A DNA stretch of 64,000 nt. Origin: Antedon mediterranea (lineage: Eukaryota; Animalia; Echinodermata). The stretch's first letter is position 1; every line of letters starts with the position of its first letter. Location: NCBI RefSeq assembly GCF_964355755.1, contig NC_092671.1:24688070-24752069 (forward strand). The letters are read 5' to 3'. The notes beneath the pieces are model-generated. The model was not told where the DNA came from. It saw only the letters and a program-made list of their open reading frames with translations, and did not search any database. The translations under genes were made by a program, and so were the position numbers. Below are positions 36,101 through 47,201 of this stretch, piece by piece.

Positions 36101-36571
36101 TACAATTAAATGACATCATGATCAATATATAAGAACATAAAGAGTAAAGAATAATTATTCTTATTCTTTACTCTATGATACGAACAATAAAATTGTATAC
36201 TGGGTGTATACAAATAATATTTTCATTAATGACGCATCAATTTATTATTCTATAGTTCTAGATTAAACCTTTTTGATTCATTTTTTTTTCTGTAGGAAAA
36301 ATGCATATTTATTAACTTATTGTCAATCATTTTCGTCCTAGTGTGGGTCTTAAATCCACAGCTTTAAGGGCCCATGAGCTAGCCCAATGTAACTACCCAT
36401 TGCCCCCTGCATTAAACCACTGGTAATAAATACTGTTTTGGCTTTAATTTCTTAGGTGTAGTAAGTGAAGAGGAAAGCAACCAACTAGTTGATGATAGTA
36501 TTTCACTTGATAGCCTAGCAGAAGGCGAGCATATGCAGCTACAAGCTAATGAAAGTGATGAAAGTTTATGA
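15118..36571 (+). CDS. CDC27: cell division cycle protein 27 (APC3, TPR subunit of APC/C); 19 coding exons, 2502 nt, 833 aa
   Basis: All 19 exons join in frame with GT-AG introns; MVVQEPVQATIWHCLTYYAYQDAIFLAERL..., RRSSRLFS, KEN, GNCFSLQKEHDIAIKFFQRAIQ and MNFSWATDLDPKGANNQIKEAIDKRYLPD match known CDC27. Confidence 0.97.
16024..16099 (+). CDS. CDC27: CDC27 exon 2
   Basis: ATIWHCLTYYAYQDAIFLAERLHAE; AG/GT bounded. Confidence 0.95.
16412..16559 (+). CDS. CDC27: CDC27 exon 3
   Basis: EETLFLLATCYFRSGKPNRAY...CKYLLARCC. Confidence 0.95.
16974..17099 (+). CDS. CDC27: CDC27 exon 4
   Basis: YAEGETILAGSVLTKQHTLEEISAEYGELSCFVLSLLGKIL. Confidence 0.93.
17686..17783 (+). CDS. CDC27: CDC27 exon 5
   Basis: KCERQPKASECYKHSLKLNPCLWSSFEALCHL. 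Confidence 0.95.
17887..18213 (+). mobile_element. 5S rRNA-derived SINE (SINE3-type) or 5S pseudogene with attached body, in CDC27 intron 5
   Basis: 17887-17997 follows the metazoan 5S sequence (TACGGCC.TACCACGTT...CTCGTC.GATCACC.AAGTTAAGC...CTTGGATGGGAGACC..CTGGGAATACCGGGTGCT) with about 10-15 differences, no strong T-run terminator, and a ~210-bp GC-richer body. Confidence 0.75.
18303..18463 (+). CDS. CDC27: CDC27 exon 6
   Basis: GHKPDADKIFQ...IDTPP; donor GTTAGT, phase fits exon 7. Confidence 0.85.
18541..18838. mobile_element. degenerate MITE
   Basis: Inverted sub-terminal AAGTTGTAACCAGGTTTG / CAAACCTGGTTACAACTT. Confidence 0.5.
18915..19138 (+). CDS. CDC27: CDC27 exon 7
   Basis: ...RGLLGGGQQQMYSPLTP; disordered loop. 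Confidence 0.88.
19321..19881. mobile_element. Kolobok-type non-autonomous DNA transposon
   Basis: TTAA flanks; TIR AGATGCTAGACCT / AGGTCTAGTGTCT starting with a purine pair. Confidence 0.6.
20347..20458 (+). CDS. CDC27: CDC27 exon 8
   Basis: SFGFLPLENTP...DIKAPKK; donor GTGAGT. Confidence 0.9.
22157..22254 (+). CDS. CDC27: CDC27 exon 9
   Basis: VISRKPHIKPPVFSMSGN...TPSPQT; phases 0 and 2 fit neighbours. Confidence 0.85.
22451..23348. mobile_element. non-autonomous element with ~160-bp terminal hairpin, Crypton-like
   Basis: Near-perfect inverted repeat 22454-22615 centred on GAGGCAAAGCCGAG; TTATATAACA(T/C)C at 22617 inverted at 23338-23348; family name is from recalled architecture only. 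Confidence 0.55.
23744..24324. mobile_element. MITE carrying a 21-bp minisatellite
   Basis: Perfect 15-bp TIR AGAAGAATGAGCAAT (23744-23758) / ATTGCTCATTCTTCT (24310-24324). Confidence 0.7.
23954..24275. repeat. 21-bp minisatellite (CCCCATGTATACGGCACCGTA)n, about 15 copies
   Basis: Directly visible; one variant unit; explains four overlapping repeat ORFs. Confidence 0.97.
24504..24585 (+). CDS. CDC27: CDC27 exon 10
   Basis: GLRRSSRLFSNANTNSVK. Confidence 0.9.
24966..25173 (+). CDS. CDC27: CDC27 exon 11
   Basis: EN (completes KEN)...KTKSKPTK...FQKASA. Confidence 0.9.
25442..25593. mobile_element. PIF/Harbinger-type MITE family, copy 1
   Basis: TIR AGC.CTGTCTACACTATCAA; other copies at 52812-52970, about 59120-59290, and a fragment near 5060-5080. 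Confidence 0.75.
25885..26376. mobile_element. MITE with TGT...ACA ends and 4-bp TSD (Ginger-like)
   Basis: Perfect 31-bp TIR TGTTATGCGCGATTTGAACGATTTGCGCAAT; TSD ACTG (25881-25884, 26377-26380); repeated TTGCGCAA palindromes. Confidence 0.75.
27073..27245 (+). CDS. CDC27: CDC27 exon 12
   Basis: EGLMSLLRDMGKAY...HYNTGWVLSQVGKARFELAEY. Confidence 0.95.
27785..27937 (+). CDS. CDC27: CDC27 exon 13
   Basis: FKEVRRIEPHRTEGMALYSTALWHLQKEVALS. Confidence 0.95.
28562..29606. mobile_element. non-autonomous piggyBac-type element, about 1045 bp
   Basis: TTAA TSD on both sides; 14-bp TIR CACTTTGACTGCCA; duplicated sub-terminal motif AAAAACGAAGATCTTCGTGTTTGGCAGTCAA. Confidence 0.85.
31451..31660. repeat. 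cluster of CGTATACG palindromes, probable DNA transposon end
   Basis: About ten CGTATACG or CGTATATG motifs ending in TTTTTTGCAAAGGGTA; the other end was not found. Confidence 0.5.
31825..31905 (+). CDS. CDC27: CDC27 exon 14
   Basis: TWCTSGNCFSLQKEHDIAIKFFQRAIQ. Confidence 0.95.
32251..33661. repeat. 83-bp tandem array, about 17 copies, filling CDC27 intron 14
   Basis: Unit ATTGTTTTCAGTTTGCCCTCTGTTTTGAACTTTTCTATCTGGATAATGCTAACCATTAGATTGTGTGTGTGAATACAGCCTAT; starts at 32251, 32334, 32417... Confidence 0.97.
33744..33871 (+). CDS. CDC27: CDC27 exon 15
   Basis: VDSDCAYAYILLGHEYVSTEELDKAMCCFRSAIRIDSRHYIAW. Confidence 0.95.
33947..34040 (+). mobile_element. degenerate Deu/Nin-domain SINE fragment
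   Basis: TCTTCTTGGATAAGGATTAAAAC...TTAAAGAACCCAGG...GAAGAGTAGG resembles the recalled conserved DeuSINE core. Confidence 0.45.
34135..34381 (+). CDS. CDC27: CDC27 exon 16
   Basis: YGTGMIYYKQEKFSLAEVHFKKAL...CKFRKASILFAMERYK. Confidence 0.95.
35194..35268 (+). CDS. CDC27: CDC27 exon 17
   Basis: AALDELEELKQIIPKESLVYFLMGK. Confidence 0.95.
35744..35915 (+). CDS. CDC27: CDC27 exon 18
   Basis: VYKKLGQTHLALMNFSWATDLDPKGANNQIKEAIDKRYLPD. Confidence 0.95.
36456..36571 (+). CDS. CDC27: CDC27 exon 19 (terminal)
   Basis: Acidic tail ...MQLQANESDESL stop; AATAAA at 36673 and 37312. Confidence 0.9.
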
Positions 36572-37734
36572 CGATGATGTAACGATAGTGACAGCATACT
36601 ACGAAGAGTATTGTACCACCATAATGGTGCTAATTAAACTCCCTATGTTGGTGAAATTCAACAATGTTGTCCAATAAAATATCCCTAAGTTTCTCAAAAT
36701 TTTATTATTATTTAAGAGTAAATGATATTCAGGTGTTTTTTTTATATATACAATGCTTAGAAACAAATTATACTTTCTTTCATAATTAGTTTTGAAAACT
36801 GATCATTACATTTAAATTGTGATGTGACTGGTTGTTTAATTTCATAATATTTGATAATTACATTATAGTCCTAAATACTCCTTGAATAAGTATAGCCTAG
36901 CAATTGGTGCTTAGATTATAGCCATGGTAATGATGAAAAATCCATTGCTTGGTGCAATATTTGAATACAAAATAATGTATTGCATTTTTTTGTAATCTCA
37001 ACTACTGAGTATCTGAAAATAATCTTCTATTCATATTGCTTTTGTTTTCACATTTGATGATAATTTAAACATCTATTGAAACTCGAGGATAGAAATCTGC
37101 AGAATTAACAGAAATTAACAATATTTTAGTTTACTATTCCAAAATCTACAAATTATTTTTGATAGGCTAAGAGTGCCAATTTTTTTTTAAATTAAAATAT
37201 ATGACTGACATAAATGTATCACTTGTTTTAAGTTCATTTCATGGAAATCTGAAAATGCTTAAACAAATCATGTTTAATTATTGAATTAAAGAATGAAATG
37301 AAATAATTTTGAATAAATCGAATCAAATGTAATAACCGCAGTTAAAATATTGAAAAAGTAGATATATGATATAATTATACATCAATGTTGAATTATTCGT
37401 CTTAGACTAGAAGTTAAATATAATGAGATGCGTATAGTAGTTACAAACTGAATGTGGACAGTCTGCAGAAATTGTTCAAATTACTTATATTAGTAAGAAG
37501 CAAAATAGTTTATGCTAAAGCTCTAATTTTAATCAGTAATTTTGAATTGAACTAAGCAAGCTATATAGAAAACTAGATGTTTATTGGAAACAAACAGCAA
37601 CTTACTGGCAAACTCTAGCAAATATAAAAGATTTATTGAATTATCAATTATTAATATATATATCTCAATACAGTCAGATTATTGCTAGTTGCATAGCTAT
37701 TTGAATTCTAGTGAATTCTATGTATGGCATTTGA

Positions 37735-37921
37735 TTTTGTTTCTATTCCAGGTGACTCTATGATATAGTTATTACCATCTTGATTCATGTTTGCTGGTTT
37801 TGTTTCTATTCCAGGTGACTCTACGATATAGTTATTACCATCTTGATTCATGTTTGCTGGTTTTGTTTCTATTCCAGGTGACTCTATGATATAGTTATTA
37901 CCATCTTGATTCATGTTTGCT
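37735..37921. repeat. 63-bp tandem repeat, 3 copies
   Basis: TTCTATTCCAGGTGACTCTA at 37741, 37804 and 37867. Confidence 0.95.
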
Positions 37922-40900
37922 ATCCTCAGTGGATATTGTAAAAGTGATATGTCCTATCTTTTGAACTGAAATTTCTGGATCCAATATTCTTATATTTTAA
38001 TTAAGACCTAAAGGATATATAAATTAATATATATATATAAATCCAAAGGCAAATTACTGAAAAAATGACAATGCTGTGGGTATCAGTGGCTGGATTAGTA
38101 TATATATATACTAATGCTCTTGACCTAATATTCAATACACACTATAGTAATTAAACTGTAGGAATTAAAGTTAATGAATGAATTTAACTGTTAACCTTGC
38201 TAGATTATTGCATTCTTTCTAATTTGTGCCAGAATGCATAGTGTAGCAGTATAAAATTAGACACCCCCAATGTTCTACAAACACTCCCTTACTAATTTAT
38301 TGTTTGTAAAAATGATATTAGGACATAGGTTGTATAGCAATTTATCAAAGTAATGTTTTATTAAACTGAATATATAATTGCAAAAAACAAAATTAGTTTT
38401 AAACTGTTTATACAATATTGTGTGTGTGTCATAATATACTTTGATATCTTTTCTATAATTATATTTTATGTTAATTTGATATTAGTGATAAGAAATATTA
38501 TGTTAATATGTTATAATATTGTTATTAATTTACTATCTAGCTTTTTGTAGGTTTTTTTTTTTAAATTTAAAAAATACAATCACTTGTTCTCTAGAAGATC
38601 TAAAAAAATGTTATGATGTTACTTTAAAATGTAATCGAGCATTTTGAAAATGAAAATTGGTGATTTTACCATGTACATACATTTCTGATGAAATTATAAG
38701 GCAGATTTAGACACCATAAAAAATACACAATAAAAACATACACCTTTTAAAACATGAAAAATTGACATCAACACATTAAACACAAATGCTTTGGCGGGAA
38801 TATGTAATGAAGGTACTATACACCTACTTAACTGCGCAACATGTACCAATAAAATAAAGAGCAGTATTTGTATCAAGACATTGCAATACATTGAAACAGT
38901 TGGAGTAGATTGTATATAACATTATGTTGTTTATTCAAAAGACTGTTTAAATGGACATTTGATGTGTGTATGTTGTACGAAAAAGTAGCAAAATAAAAAT
39001 ATCTGTGTTAAAATCATCATTTATTTGTAGCAGTATCTTTTTATATGTTGTAACCAACTAGTATAGCTATTTTCAACACTATATTCACATACAGTAGATT
39101 GGTTCAGCTTCCATTTCTTCCCAACTCGAAACGATGTCACACAACGTTGTTGACTGATCGCGTGTTCACCATCTATAACTGTTCTTCTCCGCGTATCAAG
39201 TTTGACCACTGCCTTTTTTTAATAGCCTAGCTTCCTGGCCTAGCAATTGTCAATGATTCACAATGAATAACTTTAATAAAATAATGAATGTTTTGTATTC
39301 ATTGACAATTTTTCAAATCATGAAATACTCTCACCAGCACTCATAAACAATCATTATTTGTATACTAATTTACACATACTACAGTATGGTATGGACCATA
39401 CCAATTACAAACTAGAATTTAATTCGTCACTTTGACGAATTATAGGTGATCATTTTTATCATTAATAAAATTAACATTTTTTAAACATGCACGTACGTTA
39501 ACATACAATACGTAAAAAGTTGATGTACGCCATCCTATGACATGATGCATATACACTTATAGCGCTGAGTTGTACCTATTATCTGTCATACACAATATGT
39601 ACAGTATATACTGTATATCTATATACAGTGTAGCATAGGTGAAATTACGGGACCCACATCAAGTTCTAATTTTTGGTATGATGGAATTATCAAAATAAAC
39701 TCAAAGATGACAATTTCGAAAGATAATGAATTGAGCAAATAAATATAAGAATTGGAAGAGACTCTGGCACGTAGAAGCGCTGTGCGCGCTCTTTGAAATT
39801 TGTATAACTTTGACGAAAAAGATGAAAAAACTACTTTTTAACTTCATCTGGCCATATGTTAACGTCACAACATCCGATAGGCTTGGTTTTTATATGAATT
39901 CATATCTACATTTCATCAGCTTTCATAATAAATTATAATCATCAAGGTAACCTTCAATTCTGAAGAGCTGTTAGATATTCAAATTTACGGCGAAGGTGAA
40001 ATTACACGATCTACGTTATGCAAGATTTTACGCGTGATGACGTCATCAAATTGAAAAAAATGACAACTTATAAGAACGATAAATAATTAAGCAAGCACAC
40101 ACTGAAATTTGTGCAAAAATCGAGCTCAAATAGCGGAGATGCGGTCTATTGAATGTGATAACCTACACAAAACGGAAAAAAATCCTAATTTTTAAATTCA
40201 AGTGGCCATTTGATGACGTAATACCATTTTGTACGTCTAATGTGTATATACATTTATATCTACAACTCAATGGCTTCCCGAATAAGTTAAAAAACTTAGG
40301 GGTCATCGTGCATTCTGAAGAGTTATTTTCATTTTAAAAATGCCTTATTTTTCACCATTTTCAGAACTTTTGTGAAATTAATTTGCGCATTTTGACATTT
40401 TGAACCTGCTCGTATAGCGTTATTTTAAGTCGGAACTGACTCAAATTTGGTTAATGTACTAAGGATGGTGAGTAGAATGCGATTTCTACAAAAAAATCGT
40501 ATTTTTACGCTTTTTAAGTATCGCGCGCGCAAAAACGTGTTTTTGCGCAGTAATTTTTTGAAACACGCAAATGGCCCAATTCATGCTCTAAATTGATCAA
40601 AACTTAATTTTGAGCCTTTTAAATTTTTAACGCGCGATTTCACGCGCATGTCTATACGTGCGCGTGCGTTTTTATTTGCTAATATTTTTTACCTTGACCT
40701 GAAATTTACGTGTAGTGAATTTCATAAATATGTGATAATGAATTATGGACATATGATTGATAATGTGATTTCACAAAATGGCGTATACGTGACGTCACGG
40801 ATGAGTAATCACGCTGAAAAGCTTATTATGGCTAAGTTAAAGTATTTGAAAGACATTGTGAAATTTTTGTGATCATTGTTATTCAACTTTTTGAGATAAT

Positions 40901-40931
40901 TGCTAAACAAAAAGTGTACAGAAAGAAGAAT

Positions 40932-42495
40932 AACTAGACATGTAACTCGTCACTTTGACGAGTTTGGTTATCCGCCGCGCAAGTGGTGCAACATTAACAT
41001 TAAGGGGATAGGTTGAGGACAAAAGGAAGTGTTCACGTTGGCATTATGACCTGAACTGAAGAATATGATATGTTGTTATTGCTGAATTTTATTATTTAAA
41101 TTCATATATAGTATACACAGTATAATCTGTATCCATATCACATACAGTGTAGAATAGGTGAAATTACGGGACCCGCTATTTGTTGCAATTTTTAACATGT
41201 TGACGGTTTTAAAATGAAACGCGAAGGTAGCAATTCCGAAAGGAAATTATCTCAGCAACAACGTATTAGCGTGTAGAAGAAATTTGAATACGTGAAATAT
41301 TGATGCGCGCTCTTTTAAATGTAATGAATTTTGACGCAAAAGATGAAAATACGACCTTTTTTATTTAACTGGCCATATGATGACGTCAAAACATCCCATT
41401 GGCAAAATTTTTACATAATTTCGTATCTACAATCCAATAGCTTCCAGAAAAAATTTTAATCGTGATTATCACATTTTATTCTTACCAGCTATAACAGATT
41501 AAAATTTACTGTAAAGATGAAATTGATGCCACACGTGATTTAAATTTTTAGGCATGATGACGTCAAAAAAATTAAAATATTTTTAACTCATGCGAAAGAT
41601 ACTTGATTGACCTAGACAATATCAAAATCGGGGTGAAAATAGAAAACGGATAAGTGGAGATGCGCTCTATTCAATGTGATGAGCTATGACGAAAGATACA
41701 AAAATCCTAAATTTTATATTCGCGTGGCCATACGATGACGTCACAATGTCCGGTTAGCCATATTAATACCTGATCCGATATCTACAACTCATCTACTTCC
41801 AGAATATGCCATCCACAAAAAGTTGACCGTCTAGTTTAGAAATTACGACTGTTTAAAAAAAGGCATATTTTAAACGAATTTTTTAACCTTTTCATAAAAA
41901 ACGCGCGCAAATTGTCCAATTCGACGTGCTCGTATGACGTATCTTTAAGTCGAAATTGTTTAAAATTTGGTAAAATTACTAGAAAAGGCTGGAAAAATAT
42001 AAATCACGTGAAAAAAGTACGTTTTCAATACTACGTGCGCACCGCACACGTAAAAATGTGCGCACGCGTGGGAATTTTTGACATGCTTAAAACGACATGA
42101 AACGCGTAGAAAGTTGATTAGAAATTAATTTTGCGCATTTTTAAATTTTAAATGCGCGTGCGCGCGTAACTTTGTGTAGAACACGCAATTTTTTTCAACA
42201 GAAAGTTAGCGCATGATATAAATTAAACTTTTGCAAAGTTTCAAGTTGAAATGTTTTTTGGTTGTCGAGCTATGTTAAATACGACAAAATCGTTAAATCG
42301 CGCGTAAGTCACGTTGCGCAATTGTAAAAGTCATGAAAAGCTTCGCTTGACGACGTTACGTAAATGTCAATATGTTAAGATAGTTACCGAAATGTTATGT
42401 TTGCGAGTTTTAGAGAAAAGCGTTACACAAAAATCATACAGGTTGATTTCGTACAATCACAAGAGGTTATCCTGCAACTTCGTTGCGGATAACCA
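40932..42495 (-). mobile_element. HINE B1, complete, nested in A1
   Basis: 3' hairpin AACTCGTCA-CTT-TGACGAGTT, subTIR GGTTATCCGC (40966) matching GCGGATAACC (42485-42494). Confidence 0.85.
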
Positions 42496-45400
42496 ACTAG
42501 AATTTAATTCGTCACTTTGACGAATTATAGGTGATCATTTTTATCATTTAAATGAAATTAACATTTTTTAAACAAGCACGTACGTTAACATGCGTTCGTA
42601 AAAAGTTGATGTACACCATCCTATGAAATGATGCTTATACACTTATAGAACTGAGTTGTACCTATTATGTGTCATATACAATATGTACAGTATATTGTAT
42701 ATCTATATACAGTGTAGCATAGGTGAAATTACGGGACCCACATCGTGTTCTAAATTTTTGGTATGATGGAATTATCAAAATGAACTCGAAGATGACAATT
42801 TCGAAAGATAATGAATTGAGCAAATAAATATAAGGATTGGAAGAGAATTTGACACGTAGAAGCGCAATGCGCGCTCTTTGAAATTTGTATACATTTGACG
42901 AAAGAGAGAAAAAAACTACTTTTTAACTTCAACTGACCATTTCATAATGTCACAACATCCGATAGGCCTAATTTTTATATGAATTCATATCTACATTTCA
43001 TCAGCTTTGATAATAAATTATAATCTTCAAGGTCACCTTTAATTCTGAAGAGCTGTAAGATATTCAAATGTATGGTGTAGCTGAAAATACACGACCTTGG
43101 TTTTTCAAGTTTTTACCCGTGATGACATCATCAAAATAAAAATGTTGACAACTCATGAGAAAGATAATTAATTGAGCAAGCACATACTAAAATTTTTGCG
43201 AAAATTGGGTTCAAATAACGGAGATGCGCTCTATTGAATGTGATAACCCACACAAAAAGATAAAAATTACTAATTTTTAAATTCAAGTGGCCTTTTGATG
43301 ACGTCATATCATTTTGTACGTCTAATGTGTATATACATTTATCTCTACAACTCATTTACTTCCATATTAAGTTAAAAAAATTTGGGGTCATCTTCCATTC
43401 TGAAGAGTTATATTCATTTTAAAAAGGCCCTACTTTTTACCATTTTTAGCACTTTGTACAATTAATGTGCGCATTTTGTCATTTTTAACGTGCTCGTATA
43501 GCGTTATTTTAAGTCTGAATGGACTCAAAGTCGTAGAATGTACTAGGGATTATGAGTAGAATGTGATGTATACATCAAATTTTATTTTTTACGCTTTTTA
43601 AAAATCGCGTGCGCAGAAACATGTTTTTGCGCAGTAATTTTTTAAAACACGCAAATGGCCTATTTCATGCTCTAAATTGATCAAAACTTAATTTTGAGCT
43701 TTTTAAAATTTTTACGCGCGATTTCACGTGCATGACCTTGAGACGCACGAGTTTTTATTTGCTAATATTTTTTACCTTGACCTGAAATTTACGTGTAGTG
43801 AATTTCATAAATATGTGATAATCAGTTATGGACATATGATTGATAATGTGATTTCACAAAATCGCGTATACGTGACGTCACGGTAGAGTGATCACGCTGA
43901 AAAGCTTATTATGGCTAAGTTAAAGTATTTGAAAGACATTGTGAAATTGTTGTGATCATTGTTATTCAACTTTTTGAGATAATTGCTAAACAAAAAGTGT
44001 ACAGAAAGAAGAATAATAACACTAGACATGTAACTCGTCACTTTGACGAGTTAGTTATCCGCACGACAAACGCCACGTGCACGTCATACGTTAGAATATT
44101 GCACACAGAAAAAAATTATGGCATTATGACCTGATCTGAAGAATATGATATGTTGTTAGTGCTGAATTCTGTCAATTTTGTGTCATATAGTATATACATG
44201 AAAACAGTATAATCTGTATACATGTTACATACAGTGTAGAAGAGGTGAAATTACGGGACCTGCCATTTATTCAAATTTGTAACATGGCGACGGTATCAAG
44301 ATGAAACACTAAGATAGCAATTTCGGAAGGAAATTATCTCAGCAACAACATATTAACGTGTAGAAGAAATTTGAATACGTTTAATATTGATGCGCGCTCT
44401 TTTGAATATAATGAACTATGACGAAAAATATGAAAATACGACTTTTTTTATTCAACTGGCCATATGATGACGTCACAAGATCCGATTGGGAAAATGTTTA
44501 CATAAATTCGTATCTACAATCCAATAGCTTCCAGAAAACGTTTTAATCATGATTATCACGTTTTATTCTGACGAGCTATAACAGATTGAAATTTACTGTA
44601 AGGACGAAAATAAGTGACCCACGTTATTTACATTTTTAGACATGATGACGTCATAAATATTAAAATATTTTTAACTCATACGAAAGATAGTTGATTGACC
44701 TAGATAATATAAAAATCGGGGTAAAAATGGAAAACAGATAATTGGAGATGCGCTCTATTAAATGTCATGCGCTATGATGAAAGATACAAAAATCCTATAT
44801 TTTATATTCGCGTGGGCATACGGTGACGTCACAATGTCCGGTTAGCCATATTAATGCATGATTCAAAATCTACAACTCATTAACTTCCAGAATATGTAAT
44901 TAAAAAAAAGTTCTCCATGTAGTTTAGAATCTATGACTGTTTAAAAATAGGCATAATTTTGACGAATTTTTGAACTTTTTCACCAAATACGCGTGCAAAT
45001 TATCTAATTCGACGTGCTCGTATGACGTAATTTTAAGTCGAAATTGTTTAAAATTTGGTAACATTACTAGAAAAGGCTGAAAAAACATAAATCACGCGAA
45101 AAAAATATGTTTTTAACGCTACGTGTGCACCGCGTGCGTAAAATTGTTCGCGCGCGTGGGAATTTTTGACATGCTCAAAATGACATGAAACGCATAGAAA
45201 GTTGATTAGAAGTTTATATTTCGCACGTTAAAATTTTAAACGCGCGTGCGCGCGTAACTTTTTGTGAAACATGCTATTTTTAATCCATAGAAAGTTTGCG
45301 CTTGATATGACTTAAATTTTCACAAAGTTTCAAAACAAAATTATGTTTGGTTTTTAGTCTATGATCAATCATTGAAATTCATAAAATCGCACGTAAGTCA

Positions 45401-45675
45401 CGTTGCGCAACTCTGACGTCATTCAAAAATAGGAGGTGCACAAGTTCACATAAATGTCGATATGTTGACAAAGTTACGATATGTTCTGTCTACACGTTTT
45501 AGAGAAACGCGACGCACAAAAATGACAGAAAGAAAGAAGTATAATACAGAAAAAAAATTTGATGAAACAGGACGATTACAAGGAGTTATCCGCTACTAAG
45601 CGGATAACTAAATAATAATAAAGATTTTGTACAATAACAATAGGTGATCATTTTATTCTAAATGATCACCTAATA
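42495..45675 (-). mobile_element. HINE A2, nested in A1, hosts B2
   Basis: A-type 3' end at 42495; A-type 5' end at 45641-45672. Confidence 0.85.
44021..45610 (-). mobile_element. HINE B2, complete, nested in A2
   Basis: subTIR TAGTTATCCGC (44052) matching GCGGATAACTA (45600-45610). Confidence 0.85.
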
Positions 45676-47201
45676 ATAACAACTAGAATTTAATTCGTCA
45701 CTTTGACGAATTATAGGTGATCATTGTTATCATTTTAATGAAATTAACATTTTTTAAACATGCACGTACGTTAACATACGATCGTAAAAAGTTGATGTAC
45801 GCCATCCTATGACATGATGCATACACTTATATAGCTGAATTGTGCCTATTATATGCCATATACAATATGTACAGTATATACTGTATATCTATATACAGTG
45901 TAGCATAGGTGAAATTACGGGACACACATCATGTTCTAATTTTTTGGTATGATGCAATTATCAAAATAAACTCAAAGATGACAATTTCGAAAGATAATGA
46001 ATTGAGCAAATAAATATAAGAATTGGAAGAGAATCTGGCACGTAGAAGCGCTGTGCGCGCTCTTTGAAAATTGTATAACTTTGACGAAAAAGATGAAAAA
46101 ACTACTTCTTAACTTCATCTGGCCATATGTTAACGTCACAACATCCGATAGGCTTTGTTTTTATATGAATTCATATCTACATTTCATCAGCTTTCATAAT
46201 AAATTATAATCATCAAGGTAACCTTCAATTCTGAAGAGCTGTAAGATATTCAAATTTACGGCGAAGGTGAAATTACACGACCTACGTTATTCAAGTTTTT
46301 ACGCGTGACGACGTCATCAAAATGAAAACACTGACAATTTATGAGAAAGGTAAATAAGTAAGCAAGCACACACTGAAATTTGTGCGAAAATTGGGCTCAA
46401 ATAGCAGAGATGCGCTCTATTGAATGTGATAACCTACACAAAACGGAAAAAAATCCTAATTTTTAAATTCAAGTGGCCATTTGATGACGTAATACCATTT
46501 TGTACGTCTAATGTTTATATACATTTATATCTACAACTTATTGGCTTCCATATTAAGTTAAAAAAATTGGGGGTCACCTGCCATTCTGAAGAGTTATATT
46601 CATTTTAAAAAGGCCTTAATTTTTACCATTTTTTGCACTTTTGTGCAATTAATGTGCGCATTTTGTCATGTTTAACGTGCTCGTACAGCGTTATTTTAAG
46701 TCAGAATGGACTCAAAATCGGAGAATGTACTAAGGATTGTGAGTAGAATGTGATTTTTACATCAAATTTTATTTTTTACGCTTTTTACGAATTGCGTGCG
46801 CATAAACGTTTTTTTGCGCAGTAATTTTTTGAAACACGCAAATGGCCTAATTCATGCTCTAAATTGATCAAAACTTAATTTTGAGCTTTTTAAAATCTTT
46901 ACGCGCGATTTTACGCGCATGACCTTGAGACGCGCCAGTTTTTATTTGCTAATATTTTTTACCTTGACCTGAAATTTACGTGTAGTGAATTTCATAAATA
47001 TGTGACAATCAATTATGGACATATAATTGATAATGTGATTTCACAAAATTGCGTATACGTGACGTCAAGGTTGAGTGATCACGCTGAAAAGCTTATTATG
47101 GCTAAGTTAAAGTATTTGTAAGACATTGTGAAATTTTTATGATCATTGTTATTCAACTTTTTGAGATATTTGACGAACAAAAAGTGTACAGAAAGAAGAA
47201 T

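Noticed and set aside
39950-39997. Hammerhead-like CTGAAGA-stem-GAAG in HINE A copies
   Set aside because: GAAG instead of GAAA, no stem I, and not kept in copy A2; better read as a simple hairpin
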